DNA of 64,000 nucleotides from Tubiluchus corallicola (lineage: Eukaryota > Animalia > Priapulida), in the NCBI GenBank assembly GCA_030141605.1, contig JAQGDQ010000055.1, forward strand, positions 310,001 to 374,000, in the 5' to 3' direction. Below are positions 11,297-23,613 of the stretch, in pieces (the first letter of the stretch is position 1; every line of letters begins with the position of its first letter). The notes below the pieces were generated by a model. The model saw nothing but the letters and a program-made list of their open reading frames with translations, did not search any database and was not told where the DNA came from. The translations under genes and the position numbers were made by a program.

Positions 11297-12360
11297 AAAC
11301 TTGTTTGCCAACATTTAGACTGTAATGAGTGAACGAAAAGAATATTCAAACAAAGTATATGAAATAGTAATGTTTTTTAATAAACTGATGCAAGTCTGCT
11401 AGAAATATTGCTTTCAGCAAACTGTGAGTCGGGAGTAGAACAAGGCAAAGTAACTTAAGCATGAGTCATATTATTAAATTCATCGCGTGATTCTGCTCAG
11501 TAATACTCAGAACTATGAAACACGGCGGCATTCTCACTAATAGTAATAAAATAGCGGTCATAGTAATAACGGCATGCGTATCATAATACAGCCGGGAAAT
11601 GTGTTGCATTTTATGTCACAATAATATTGTAACTGTTACTGCCAACATGCGTTAGTCAAAACACCATTACTGTTGTTCAGAACACAAACGAAAGCTCATA
11701 AACGTAGTTTTTAATTTTTGCAAAATACTAAGCTTGATTTTGAAGTTTAATTTGCATAGTGTAAATAAATATTTCTTGTTCTTCAAGTTTGTTCCAGCTG
11801 CCCATTGACATAAATTAATTATTAATATGTATACTCCACTATAGCTTGTAAATTAAAATATTCACGAAGTTATTCATTCTAATTATAATGAATTTTCAAG
11901 GGCCACAACATTGGCACATTTATGCACGTACTTGACTGTACCAGAACGTATTTTTATTTCTCTATTTGTCCACTTGTTTGTTTGCTAGTCTTTATCATTT
12001 GCCCATTCATTAAAATGTTTGTTTACTCTTTAAAACATGTCCATTTGTTCATTGGTGAATTTTTTGTTTGTTCGCAGGTTAATTTATTCGCATCTTTATT
12101 TACTTAGTCCTTTATTTTCTTTTTCACTTATCGGATTTATCTACTGAGCCTTTTTCTGGTTCTTCGTACTGAAAATGCTAGTAAAAATCAAATCTGTTAA
12201 CAAACGAATAATATTGGAGTATAAAAGACGTTAAATTTTCAGACAATAAGCCATCAATTAGGTAAGATGGCCGCGTACATGTAAATGTGTCAGATCTCTT
12301 CGAACTTGACCATACTAACTATATTATTACAGACGGCTTCCAAAATAAAAATAAACTTAC

Positions 12361-13695
12361 TAGCTCTTTGTAATTTTCAATCGTTGTCCTGTCAGCGTAT
12401 CTAAGCATCTGATCAACAACGACCCATTCACTCGTCCTAGCCAGTTTCATCACTTGCTGGTATTGTCTTGACGCTGGCAGGTTCAAAAGGGTAGATACAC
12501 TAGATGGCACGTCCGATTTTTCACCTTTAATGCTGTTTGGTTCATCGGCGATGCTCCCACTTTCGTTTTCATTGGTACCCGAATTATTACTTTCAAATGA
12601 AGAGCTTTGTTTCCAACCCGCACTGGATTTCTCTCCTTTGCTTCTGGATTTTCTGCTTTCTGTTGGTTTTGTTGAAGACTTGTTAGACGTTGTCCTGTTT
12701 CCGCTCTGATCTCGAACAGCCTTCTCGTTGGACCTGGTTTGCTTCCTTCCAGCTTTAGATGCACCTTTTGGAGGAACTGAGCTTGACCTGTTGGTGGAAC
12801 CAGTCTTACTAGCTGATTTTTGTTCTTCATGGTTATTTTCTTCTTCCTTGTTCGACGATCCGATACTCGCAAACCGTTTCTCTGTTGAAGAATTAGCCAC
12901 TTTTGATTCTGTTCCAGCAAGATTTTCTGTGGTCTTAGCCTCATCAACGTTATTTGATGGTGTCTTCTCAACCGCGGAATCAGTATTAATTGTTGTTGTC
13001 TGAGCTCCATTAATATCTTTCGTTTTTTCTGGATCCTGTTTTATTGTATTAGAAGAACTCTTATCATTGGTAGGAGGATTTTCCTTTGCTGAACTAGTAT
13101 CATCTTCTTTTTTGTCCAGTTTTTGCTTTAGATTTATTTTATCAGAAAGATTTTTTAGCTCACTACCGCTACCAGCTTTCTTAATGTTACTCTTTTTATC
13201 TTTTTTGGTTTTTATTTTCTTTTTCAAACTTGCGTCATCTTCATTCTCACGAACAACGCCGTTGTCACTCCCTGGTGCAACTTTTTTGTCCGTTTCGTTC
13301 TCGGACGTTATTTTACTATCTAAGCCATTAACCACATTTCCAGTAATTGTTGCGTTTTGCGATGGGTCTTTGTCATTCGCATTATTTTGTGATAAGTTTT
13401 CGTCTGTCAAAACTTGCGATGAAGATTTCTCTTCTGCAACTTTACGTTCATTTTCCGACTTACTTGCTTGTTTTTCGTTGTTCACTGCGACATCAAGTTT
13501 TGAAATTATATCTTTTTTCTTACCGTCAACTACGTCTGGTAAAATAAGCTTTGCTGGCTCCTGCGTCAACTTTTTTTGCTGGTCTGCTCCCAAAACTGGT
13601 ACATTTTTTGCTTCTGGCAAGCCATTCACTTCAATTTTACTTTCTTTTTCTGTCCTTGTTTCTTTTAGATCACTTGCAGTGCTTTGACTCGCCAT
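12361..13695 (-). CDS. nompC: NOMPC/TRPN1 coding exon 1 (445 aa; long K/S/E/N-rich N-terminus ending in the conserved pre-ankyrin helix)
   Basis: Long open frame from ATG at 13695 (in-frame stop just upstream). Ends ...VMKLARTSEWVVVDQMLR...YKEL at a phase-0 donor GTAAGT (12360). The LARTSEW motif resembles the TRPN pre-ankyrin helix, and the exon splices in frame to the ankyrin exons. Confidence 0.8.
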
Positions 13696-16600
13696 TTTTA
13701 AAAACAACACATTTTATTAATTGCTTTGAAGATATTTTTTATGTTGTCGTCGTCATGTTTCCCCATTCTTCGCCATATATTTTTGTCAAACGAAGCCATG
13801 TTAGTCTCATGGCCTAATTTTTAATAAGTGGCAAAATGAAACCTGTTCACCCGCTCGACATGCAAATTTCCAATGGAGTCATAAAACCTAGTTACGTCAC
13901 GTCGTACCCACAGGTATAGAGTAGCGCATTGTGATTGTTTGCAAGTAATGTGATTGATTATGCACAGGTATTGCTCCACCAGGACATGTTTGGGTGAGAT
14001 CAATAACTGCAGTTTAGCCTGGTTATTGGTTGTGACATTCGGGAAGAAAAGGACAAGAATGCTGAAAAATGCAAATTACAATTCGCTCACACTTACACTA
14101 CACTTATAGGTGCATTACCCGCAAAATAATGGCCTATGCACTACTTATGAGATGGTCATTTATGCAAATTTTTAATACATTTTCCAATTTTTACACCAAA
14201 TAAATTAGAATACTCGATAATATGATAACAAAATCAATTTATTATAAGAATGTGCAGGTATAAGCTGTTATCTGAATAAATTGAAATTCATTAATCTCAA
14301 ATTTTAAGGTACAAATTTTAAGCTAAACAAAATGCCATCTTATAGCCACTTGACTCTGATTGTCATACTTGTGATTGAGCGTTTGTCAAGCGTTCTAAGG
14401 CCTTTTTGGCATGTTCTTTGTGAAGTTACATAAGACTGATTAATTAACCTTTTTAACTTTTTTATTAACTTTTTTATTAATACTTGTTAACTTTTTTAAG
14501 ACATAAAACGTTTCTCTGCAAGCTGTAATGACGTATGCCTATTTTTAAAATCATATATCTCAAATCAAAAGTTTTAAAACTAAAGTAACGTGACTGTTTA
14601 TGGCATGAACCTTTTATACTTGAGACGCTCTAAATTTTGATCTCCGAAATTCTTCTGAAGTTCTTGTGACCAAACTTAAGCCTAGATCACGTGCTGTCCA
14701 CGTGGCACGTTACGTCTGACTGTTCTCGGCATTTGATGTTCTAATGACCATAATTAACGATTTAAACAAAGTGGAAACAAATAAACGTGCTGGCGGATGT
14801 GATGGCGTCCGAGGTGATAAATGCCTCCAGGGAAGCCATTGGGAGATGATGAATGTTTAGTTATGTCGTTAAACCGGGGAAGCCCTACGCGAACATGATG
14901 AATTGTTTATGTCAGCGAAAGCAATCGACTTTTTATCACTGAAAACATTCATATGTCGGTCGTATGTAGCAACAATTTTGCAACAAGTGAAAAGGCTGTC
15001 TAATTTAAGAAATTCTGCTTCAGAATTGTAGTTTCTTGGTGGTTGGAATTCACAAGTTAAAAGCTAAAATAGGCTGAGTGTTAAATTATGTTCGTAGCCC
15101 CTCCTACTGGCACGATTCGAAAATAAATAGTTACGTCTTACCGGCAAACATTCCGTAATGAAAGGCCTAATAATACTCTCATATCGCTCACGGAATGGCT
15201 AATAAATTTTAGTAGGTAGTTACGTGTATTCTCCCCTCCTTATCTACCTCCACATCTAGTCACCTTCATCTCACTTCGTTTTGATTCACTCTCAATTTCT
15301 TTGCGTTTTTGTCATCTGGTAATTTTCACCTTAATTCATGACTCAACCTCGATCTGTATTATAATTTATTTAGCACCCAACAGGTAGCAGCAGCCATCAA
15401 CTCTATGCAAGTTGTTCATCCTTCCATAAGTATCTCTGCTGTAAGTTCTCCCTTGGTACTGTTTTGTAAGTTATGTATGCAAATTTATTTATGCATCTAA
15501 CCCCATTGAATTCATTATGCTCTGTAATTTTAAAATAAATTTTATATATATATATATAAATATATATATATGTATATCCGTATAATTATGTATATATAGG
15601 CCTTTAGCCTCTATTATTCCGTTAAAACTGATTTAGCAGTGATTTCACACATGTAGAGGGGAGTTTAATGTTGTGATTTTTTTCATGTTTTTCAAGCTTT
15701 TGTGATGCCTTTGTGAATTGATATCTAATTGATCGGGCAGTACATATACAGCACATTCAAACTTTTCAAGCACTTTAACAAAATAACTGTAGTAAAATTG
15801 GACTTACGTATAATTACAACAATACTTTTTTACAGTTCCGTATACGCAGTTTTTGGCGCCATAATGGGACGGCAGTTGCAAAATTTTGATTTCAAATCCA
15901 TTCCGATTCAGGCAAAGAATGAAAGGACTTGAGATTGTCACGCAACGATATCCCAAAAATTCTCTTCACTGAAAACTGATTCAACGGATAAGGGAGCAGT
16001 TTGAAACGGCAACCCGTCAAAGCCTGTAAGAGTCGATGGCGCGTCCAAAACAAGACGTTTCAGACAAAAAATAAACGGTTCTACACTTGTACCATGCTAA
16101 CGTCTCCATGCGCGCAAAAAGAGTATCGAATCATCGGATTACTTTTGAAAAAAGTTTTCGAAGCTCTAGAAACGGTTCATATTTTTGAAATGCCCGTGTT
16201 ATTAGTGAAGGTCTGAGATTGTATATTTGATACTGTTTCGATGCCGGCGCGACGCAGAACATAATAAAAGAACAAAGAGAATTTGCCAACTTGGCATGTC
16301 AATTTCCCTGGAGTGCGCCATCTGTCGCCTGTATTGTCAGTCTCGAGAGAAATACCAACAATAAAACTTTTGGATTTCAACTTGTTCTGAATTTGAAGCA
16401 TTTGTGCCAAAAACAACGGGTAAACCTTATACCCGTGTAAGATATGCATTGTCACGAATAGATGGCAGCACATATTGCATTGTTGTCTGATTGCGTCCGC
16501 GAGTAGTTTAGTTCTGAGCAGGACGGCATAGCTGAGATAATGTGAAGGCTGTTATTTTCTTTTTGTCTTTTTTCCTTTTTTCGTTTATATATTATTGGTG

Positions 16601-16857
16601 TTTAATAAAGTTGCAATTTATTTCAAGACATTAAATTGCGATCTTAATGAGTCTCCTATGACGGACATTAGGAATATTATAACCCGCTAATATAATTTAA
16701 CATGCGTATAAACATTCGTATAAACAATAGTAAAAAATAAAACGAATGCGTGACGACTTAATTCTACAAAAAAGCATTTTCTTTTCTAATATCTAATTAC
16801 CTTTATTTTTTACACAAAGGCATACAAAAGGGTCGCAAATGCCTGCACAAGAATCTT

Positions 16858-17051
16858 CGGCTAGAGTTTATAATTCCCACACACAAGCTATTAGCTCGTG
16901 AACCGGATTAGGATTAGGGTTAGATCTGGAGTTAGGGTTAGGGTTGGGCTACGATTAGGGTTAGGGTTTTGGGTTGGAGCTAAGGCTAGGGATAGAGATA
17001 CGGTTAGGGTTAGGGTATTTAAATTTTGTGGGGAATTGTAAACTCCTTCCG
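16858..17051. mobile_element. 194-bp MITE with CGG...CCG termini, 6-bp TSD and a degenerate TTAGGG core
   Basis: TSD AATCTT at 16852-16857 and 17052-17057; TIRs CGGctaGAGTTTAtAATTCCC and CGGaagGAGTTTAcAATTCCC (reverse complement); TTAGGG-like units at about 16905-17016. Confidence 0.75.
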
Positions 17052-17391
17052 AATCTTCCAGTTTACTTTTACAGGATGGTTCATAACAGGAGGTACAAAA
17101 ACAACGAGTAAAAGCATAGACTAATTTATTACATCAAAATATCATATCAAAGTTTTCATATCACTGCTCTGATCACATCCTTGAAACTGCAGATTCCGTG
17201 AGATTTTGAAGCTAAGCTACAGGATATGAAAGGTCCTCCTCTTGTTTCATGTGATATGTTAACGTAATAATTTGTTCCTCTGTACTTTTTCTCGTAGTTT
17301 CTGTACCGCTCTGGCAAAAAACATTTATGTACCACCCTACATATAAAAATAGTTTTAGTTATATACATTAATTATAATTCACGTATTACAA

Positions 17392-17553
<162 letters not shown>

Positions 17554-17984
17554 TGTAAAGACAAGCCAGTTTTAAGTGGAAATGTTGAAGCAAGTCTGCT
17601 TTTCAGTGCTCCTACAAGCGGCAAAGCGTAAAGAATCTCTGAATTAGTTTCTAATGAAGCGTTTAGTTTATGAACAATTATGCAAGCATGATGTAACAAT
17701 TACACTGGATTAAAACGCCTGAGGAGGAATATACAACTTTCTTCGAAAAGAGGTGACTCTGCACCAGAAATTTTTGATGACTGATGGATGGAGACTAGTT
17801 ACAGCACATCTGTTGTGCTGCAATTTCATTCATGAATTTTATCCCTAATTAAACATTTTGTCTCACCAAATGAGAGGAAATTAATAAAAGGGAACAAGTT
17901 GTAATCAACGTAAATGAAAATTGTTATGATAGTTTAAATTTGATAAAGGTCGTGCATTATTATCATCCCCAACGCTGCCAACAA

Positions 17985-18095
17985 CATCACCACCACCACC
18001 ACCACCGCCACTGCCGCTGCTGCTGCCACCACCAACACCACAAACTCCACCACCATCAATACCACCACCATCACCACCACCACCTCCACTACCAC
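17985..18095. repeat. Degenerate (CAC)n repeat
   Basis: Seen directly. Confidence 0.85.
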
Positions 18096-19496
18096 TAATT
18101 TTAAATTAGACCTATATACATCGCCACTCCTGACAGTGGGATGATATCCTGTGCTTTAGAATCAGTCCATATTTTACCTCTTAGGAAAACCTCTATTGTC
18201 TAGTTACACTATGTTGTCCAGGTTTTTGCGCACCCTAATCTAGTTGCCTACCGCCAGTCCTTTCACTTCTGCTTGGTAAATTTTCCCCCTTGCCGCTGCA
18301 TTACCCCGCCTAGTCTGTCTAATGAAGCGAGCTCATGTTTTCTCAAGTAAAGACGCTGAGTGTGGTAAGAGCTCAGTGACTTGTGATATCTATTAGTGGA
18401 GGCGAGAGAGACAGATGGTCACAAATATGAATGCTGACACTTTGCAGCGAGCTGGCTGAACAATCATTATACACTAGAGCAGCTGCCTTGCTTGTTTCTA
18501 CCAAAAGAATGATGTCTTCAAAGGCTTTTGTCAATAAGGAGCAACCAGTCAAGGGTTGCGTGAAGCTAAATCAAACGAAATCTTTACACTTTTAATTCTA
18601 CGGTAGAAATTTATTTTCAGGCTTATCAAAAACCGTGCAAAAATTGTAAAAACCCTACAGCTTTGATTTTCTAAAGTTTCACATTTGTCGTCAGATGGCG
18701 CCAAAATTTAATGTCGCGAAGTGTAACGTTTTTGTTTCACTACTGTGAGCTATGCCCTGCTTGGAAGCACATTCTTGGGGCTGTTTACATAAAAAAGACA
18801 CACAAAAATCAACTTACAGGCTGTGACAAGCTTTTGAAAACAAATAGATTGACATAGATGAGTTTTTGTAACGAATGCGCGTGATGGTTGCGTTCTGGAG
18901 GGTTGGACACGTGCTGTATGCGTTTTGTTTATTTACCTAAAACCCGCCAAATCATCTCTCGTCGTAAATGCAGGAGCTGTTTCCCATAAATCGAATTCTC
19001 CCGTCCTCTAAATAATACGTAAACGATTGTCCCTGTTAGATCGTTAACATTGCAGTGAAAATACGGAATTTTGCTTCTTTGTACCAGTTCACGCAAGTTT
19101 GTTGGAGAGAATTTAAAGTTATTGAAGTTCAAATGCAAAACCTGCAAACTTAGCGAACAAGTTCGACTCGAGCTATTGGTCGAGGGACTCACTGAATTCA
19201 AGATCGTAGATTAGAAAATAACATCAATGCCGTAAGATGGCAAACAAGAAATCTGACTCCGTCAGCCGATGCAAAATTCACTCTATTATATTCTTATGAA
19301 GTTTCTTGATGGTTCATTGCGAATTGACAAGCCTGAGGCTTTTTCAAAAATGTATTTTTCAAAAAATATTTTCGCCGCCATATTGAATTCAAAACGCGAA
19401 CTGAAAATACGGCTCTGTCAGTCGCCTCGGAATTCGTTCTAGTGCATTCGCCAGAAGTTTCCTGACCATCCATGGCGAATCCACAGAAGAGCTCGA

Positions 19497-19927
19497 CCGC
19501 GAGCCCAATTGTTGATGACATCACAAACTAACGTAATTTTCAACACTACACACATGCCACGAGTGTGTTGCACGTGTTTGTCAAAGCGAAAATTGATAGT
19601 TCAGTGCTACTGATAGAGATTCAGTGTGTTCTACTAAAACTCGACATGTCTTAAGATAAAAATTCAAATTAAAAATTTATCACTGTGCTCGTCACAAACT
19701 AACACTTCTGTATGCGTTTCCGAAATGCAGGCGCTAGTGCCCGTCTAGCCCGCGAATAGCGAAATGCATGTAACAGCGAGGAACTAGTGGCTTGAACGTG
19801 AAATTGTGTTTGCGTGGTAAAAATTCTTTCACGTAAGTTATTTATGAAAAAACTAGTATATTTCCTATCAATATTTTAAAGAGTAGATTCTTTTGACATG
19901 CAGTTTAAGATTGGGTCCGGCTTTCCT
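19497..19927 (-). mobile_element. Partial copy of MITE family A
   Basis: Homologous to 3189-3500 and, inverted, to 35619-36080; ends GGGTCCGGCTTTCCT. Confidence 0.75.
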
Positions 19928-20514
19928 TTTATGATGAATTGAACTTATTAACTTTCGTTACAGTTGTGTATTTTTCTATTATTAATAATTGATTGATAAC
20001 TTTCTGATAGTGCTCTTTTTAACTGTTCATTTGAGTTTTTGTTTCGATATGGTTCTTAAGCGGTTTTGATGAACTTACAAAATATAATGAAATAGGACAA
20101 TTGTTAGTCTATCATATCCTGACTGCGTCTTCTTTTGTTTTGGTGTATTCTACATCTTCATTTTCTTCACTTGACTTCAAAAATACAGCTTTCAATTATC
20201 ATTTTCATGCCAGTTTTACATGTGCAGACTTAAACAAAAATATTCTAGTATCCAGATTCTTTCGCATCCCCTCATCCGCTGTGCCAGCATCAGCAACACG
20301 GTTTCCAGCAGCAAACTGAGTGCAGCGGCAGCGCAATTCTTGACAAATCAAGGCTGACAGTCGCATTAGCAAGAACTGCGTTGTAAATGGAAGAAGCTTT
20401 GTGATGAAGAGACCATGTCTCCAGGCTAGCCAAGGGATTAGCATCCCTTCTAAAGGGCGGATCGGAAAAAATTCATTAAGAATCGTGAATTCATGCTCTC
20501 TTTCAAAACAAAGG

Positions 20515-20526
20515 GAGAGAGAAAGT

Positions 20527-20610
<84 letters not shown>
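20515..20610. repeat. (GA)n microsatellite
   Basis: Seen directly. Confidence 0.97.
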
Positions 20611-20614
<4 letters not shown>

Positions 20615-21455
20615 GAGAGTGGAAAGCGGTGTGCTATATAAAGGAGCGAAACTCTTACATTCAACCAAATCTAAAAACTGTATTCTAATTAGTCTAAGAA
20701 ATAGCACAATTAGAAATTAGAAAAAAATTATCTTAAGTAAACCACACTTAGATTTTCTGTTTGTGTACGCCAGTCAAGACCTCCATGCAAACACGATCCG
20801 CCATTAGTACCTTCTTGGCTGATGGCGTAGATAATTGTAATTCATGGATCATGTACTTTATAAGCATCAATAACTACAGTATCTTGTGTGTTATAAGATG
20901 TTTCTGCAAGGCAGAGGAGAGTAGATTTGTTTCAGTTACGCGTTTTCTTTCTTTCTTATATTCGAGCTTAATTCTAACTTACATCTTTTAACTATCAGAC
21001 AAGCTAATTTAAGATTATTATTGCTGCAAATACAGATCTCCAGTGATAATCACATTATCATTTCTTTCTCTTTAAGAATTAGACAAAAATTGCATCGGCA
21101 TTTTGATCAAGAAAAAAGATCTGTTTTTCCGGTTCGTAAAAGAGACAATTCGATAAAAAATTAGCAATTCAAAGTCTATAGAATTTTGTGTTATATATTA
21201 TATGTTATAGAGGTTTAGTAGTTTTTTGTGTATTTGTAAATATTATTTATAATTTGTCACCTGTGTGTGATTGTATGTGTTATATTATACACCTTGAGCA
21301 TAAAATAAAAAGTTAAATTCAAACGCAAAAATTTTAAGCCCGTTCCATTCACCCAAGATGCGAAATAACTCCTAAAAAAATTCACGATTAAATTTAAGAT
21401 TGAATTATAATTCTATTTTTCAAAAACCCGACATAAAGTTTAAATGCTAACAGTA

Positions 21456-21662
<207 letters not shown>

Positions 21663-22874
21663 CTGTGTAGTAGTATTGGATAGCAATACCATGAACGTAT
21701 TCAGATTTTTTTCTTACTAAATTATGTAAGAATTGACTAAATGTGCTTCTTGATAATTATTTTATTTCATTCCATTCAGCTTCGTTCCATTCCAAGCTAT
21801 TATTTTTGTCACGCGTTTTTTTTGGTTTCAAGTAACTATTCAATAAGCATTTGTTTTTTATTTTTATTGATTTTTACGGCAATTCGATACTGCAAGTTGG
21901 GACTCAAACTGCATACCTTACTGCTTACACTGAATGGTGTGTGGTGGGACCTGAACCTAGCTAATTATCAATGATAATCCGCTAAGATGTCACACTAAAC
22001 CAGTAGAAGAGTCTTGATTATATTTGGATGTTTATAAACAGAAATTGACAATAACAAAAACAGCTGGGAAACCATAGCAGATTAAACGGTTCATAGATAG
22101 TTTCTTGGTTGCCATCCATCCATCCATTACTACTAACAGGGTTTTGTGTCGCTTAACTTCCACTCCCCTTGCATTTTCTCTCGTTTGCCAGATAATCGGG
22201 TGTTATCAAGCTTTACGTTTCACCTGATTTGCAGAAAAGGGCTCAGAGAAAAGGGCTCTTCACTGCATGTATAATGTTGCCCACATCTAGTTCACCACTG
22301 TCCATTAAAATGTGAAGTAAAATATCACTATATCTTATAGCGATATTATGGAAGAACAGCCAATGACTACATTTATCACACGCGTTGAAGCCCTGGAGGG
22401 CAAAAGACACACGTGATGTCACGTGACGCCTCAGTCTGGCACCTGTTTTGATTGTCTACCGAGAGGACACACATTACTCTTCCATTACCACTCCACTCTA
22501 ACCGAATTACTGCCCTGTAAAAGCTTGTAGGACATGTACAAAATGTGCATTATTGATGAAGCTCGGCTGTAGAGAGAGTGGTGGTTTAACGACGCCCACT
22601 AAGTTGATATCAATGACATGAGTAGGCCCAAAATAGAAAAGGTTATAATTGTTCTATCGACCATAGTTTGATTTTGATGAACCCCGTCATTACATGAAAA
22701 GAACAAGCTAGCTGTACTACGGACAACCTCTTCCCTGGATGGATCTGCCTCCTTTAGAGAAGCATCTATTTTTAATGATGGATCAACGGAATTAATTTTA
22801 AACGCTGCAGGAAGTGGTCTGTGAGGATTTCCACGTTGTAGTAATAACAACATATCTATTGCATGCGTAAGAGT

Positions 22875-22983
22875 TCTCTCTCCCTCTCTTCTCTTTTTCT
22901 CTCTCTCTCTCTCTTGCTCCCTCCTTTTCTCTCTCTCTCGCTCCCTCCTCTCTCACTCTCTTCTCTCTCTCTCTTTCTTTGAT

Positions 22984-23045
<62 letters not shown>

Positions 23046-23055
23046 GTCTCTCTCC
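22875..23055. repeat. (CT)n microsatellite
   Basis: Seen directly. Confidence 0.95.
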
Positions 23056-23596
23056 TCTTTACACCTCTGTTGTCTCAGAGTCTCATGTCAGCTATCCTTT
23101 ATCATGAGAGCAAGTCTGATTACTCACGTTATCAAGTTAAAAAGGATGTACTTAATTCAACGCTGCATTCCAGCTTGCAGAGTGTTGACTAGGAAAATGT
23201 CCTAATCATAATTACTTCCAAACTTTGAGAAATCAAATTTATCGTTACAGAAATCACCCAAAATGATACAAAATGTTCAACTCCCTGAGGACAAACATAT
23301 ACAACTCTTTTCAATTCAAAATCTTGCCTGCCACAGAATAATTAACAATGAAATTTAGCTACTTGCAAATCGGATTATTGTTCCGATCGATCCAAGTATT
23401 CTCTTTTCTTTTTTAGACTTGAGCAGTGATTATACTTACATATATTTATCTGTTATATACTAAACTAAACGAGAACAACCTACTTGTGTGGGGTATAATA
23501 ATACTATTGTCCATCAGCGCTAATATGCAAGACAACCAACTTTCAACATTCCGCGTTTGACTTAGTCGATTTTCGCAACCTTGCTTCATTAATTAG

Positions 23597-23613
23597 AGGT
23601 CATCTAAAGGTCA
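23597..23613 (+). promoter_or_regulatory. Perfect DR5 nuclear-receptor element AGGTCA-tctaa-AGGTCA
   Basis: Two exact half-sites with a 5-nt spacer, flanked by TAATTA and CATAAA homeodomain-type sites. Confidence 0.45.

Noticed and set aside
12483-13817. Overlapping and antisense ORFs across nompC exon 1
   Set aside because: Shadows of a low-complexity coding exon, with no motifs of their own.
16905-17016. True telomere or chromosome-fusion scar
   Set aside because: Short, degenerate, single orientation, and enclosed by TIRs and a TSD.
19725-19750. Helitron 3' end (hairpin plus CTAG) in MITE family A
   Set aside because: Similarity between copies continues about 180 bp past the CTAG to a TTAA-type terminus.
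20620-21320. Possible decayed LINE endonuclease or 3' end
   Set aside because: Only faint motif resemblance, with no sustained frame.
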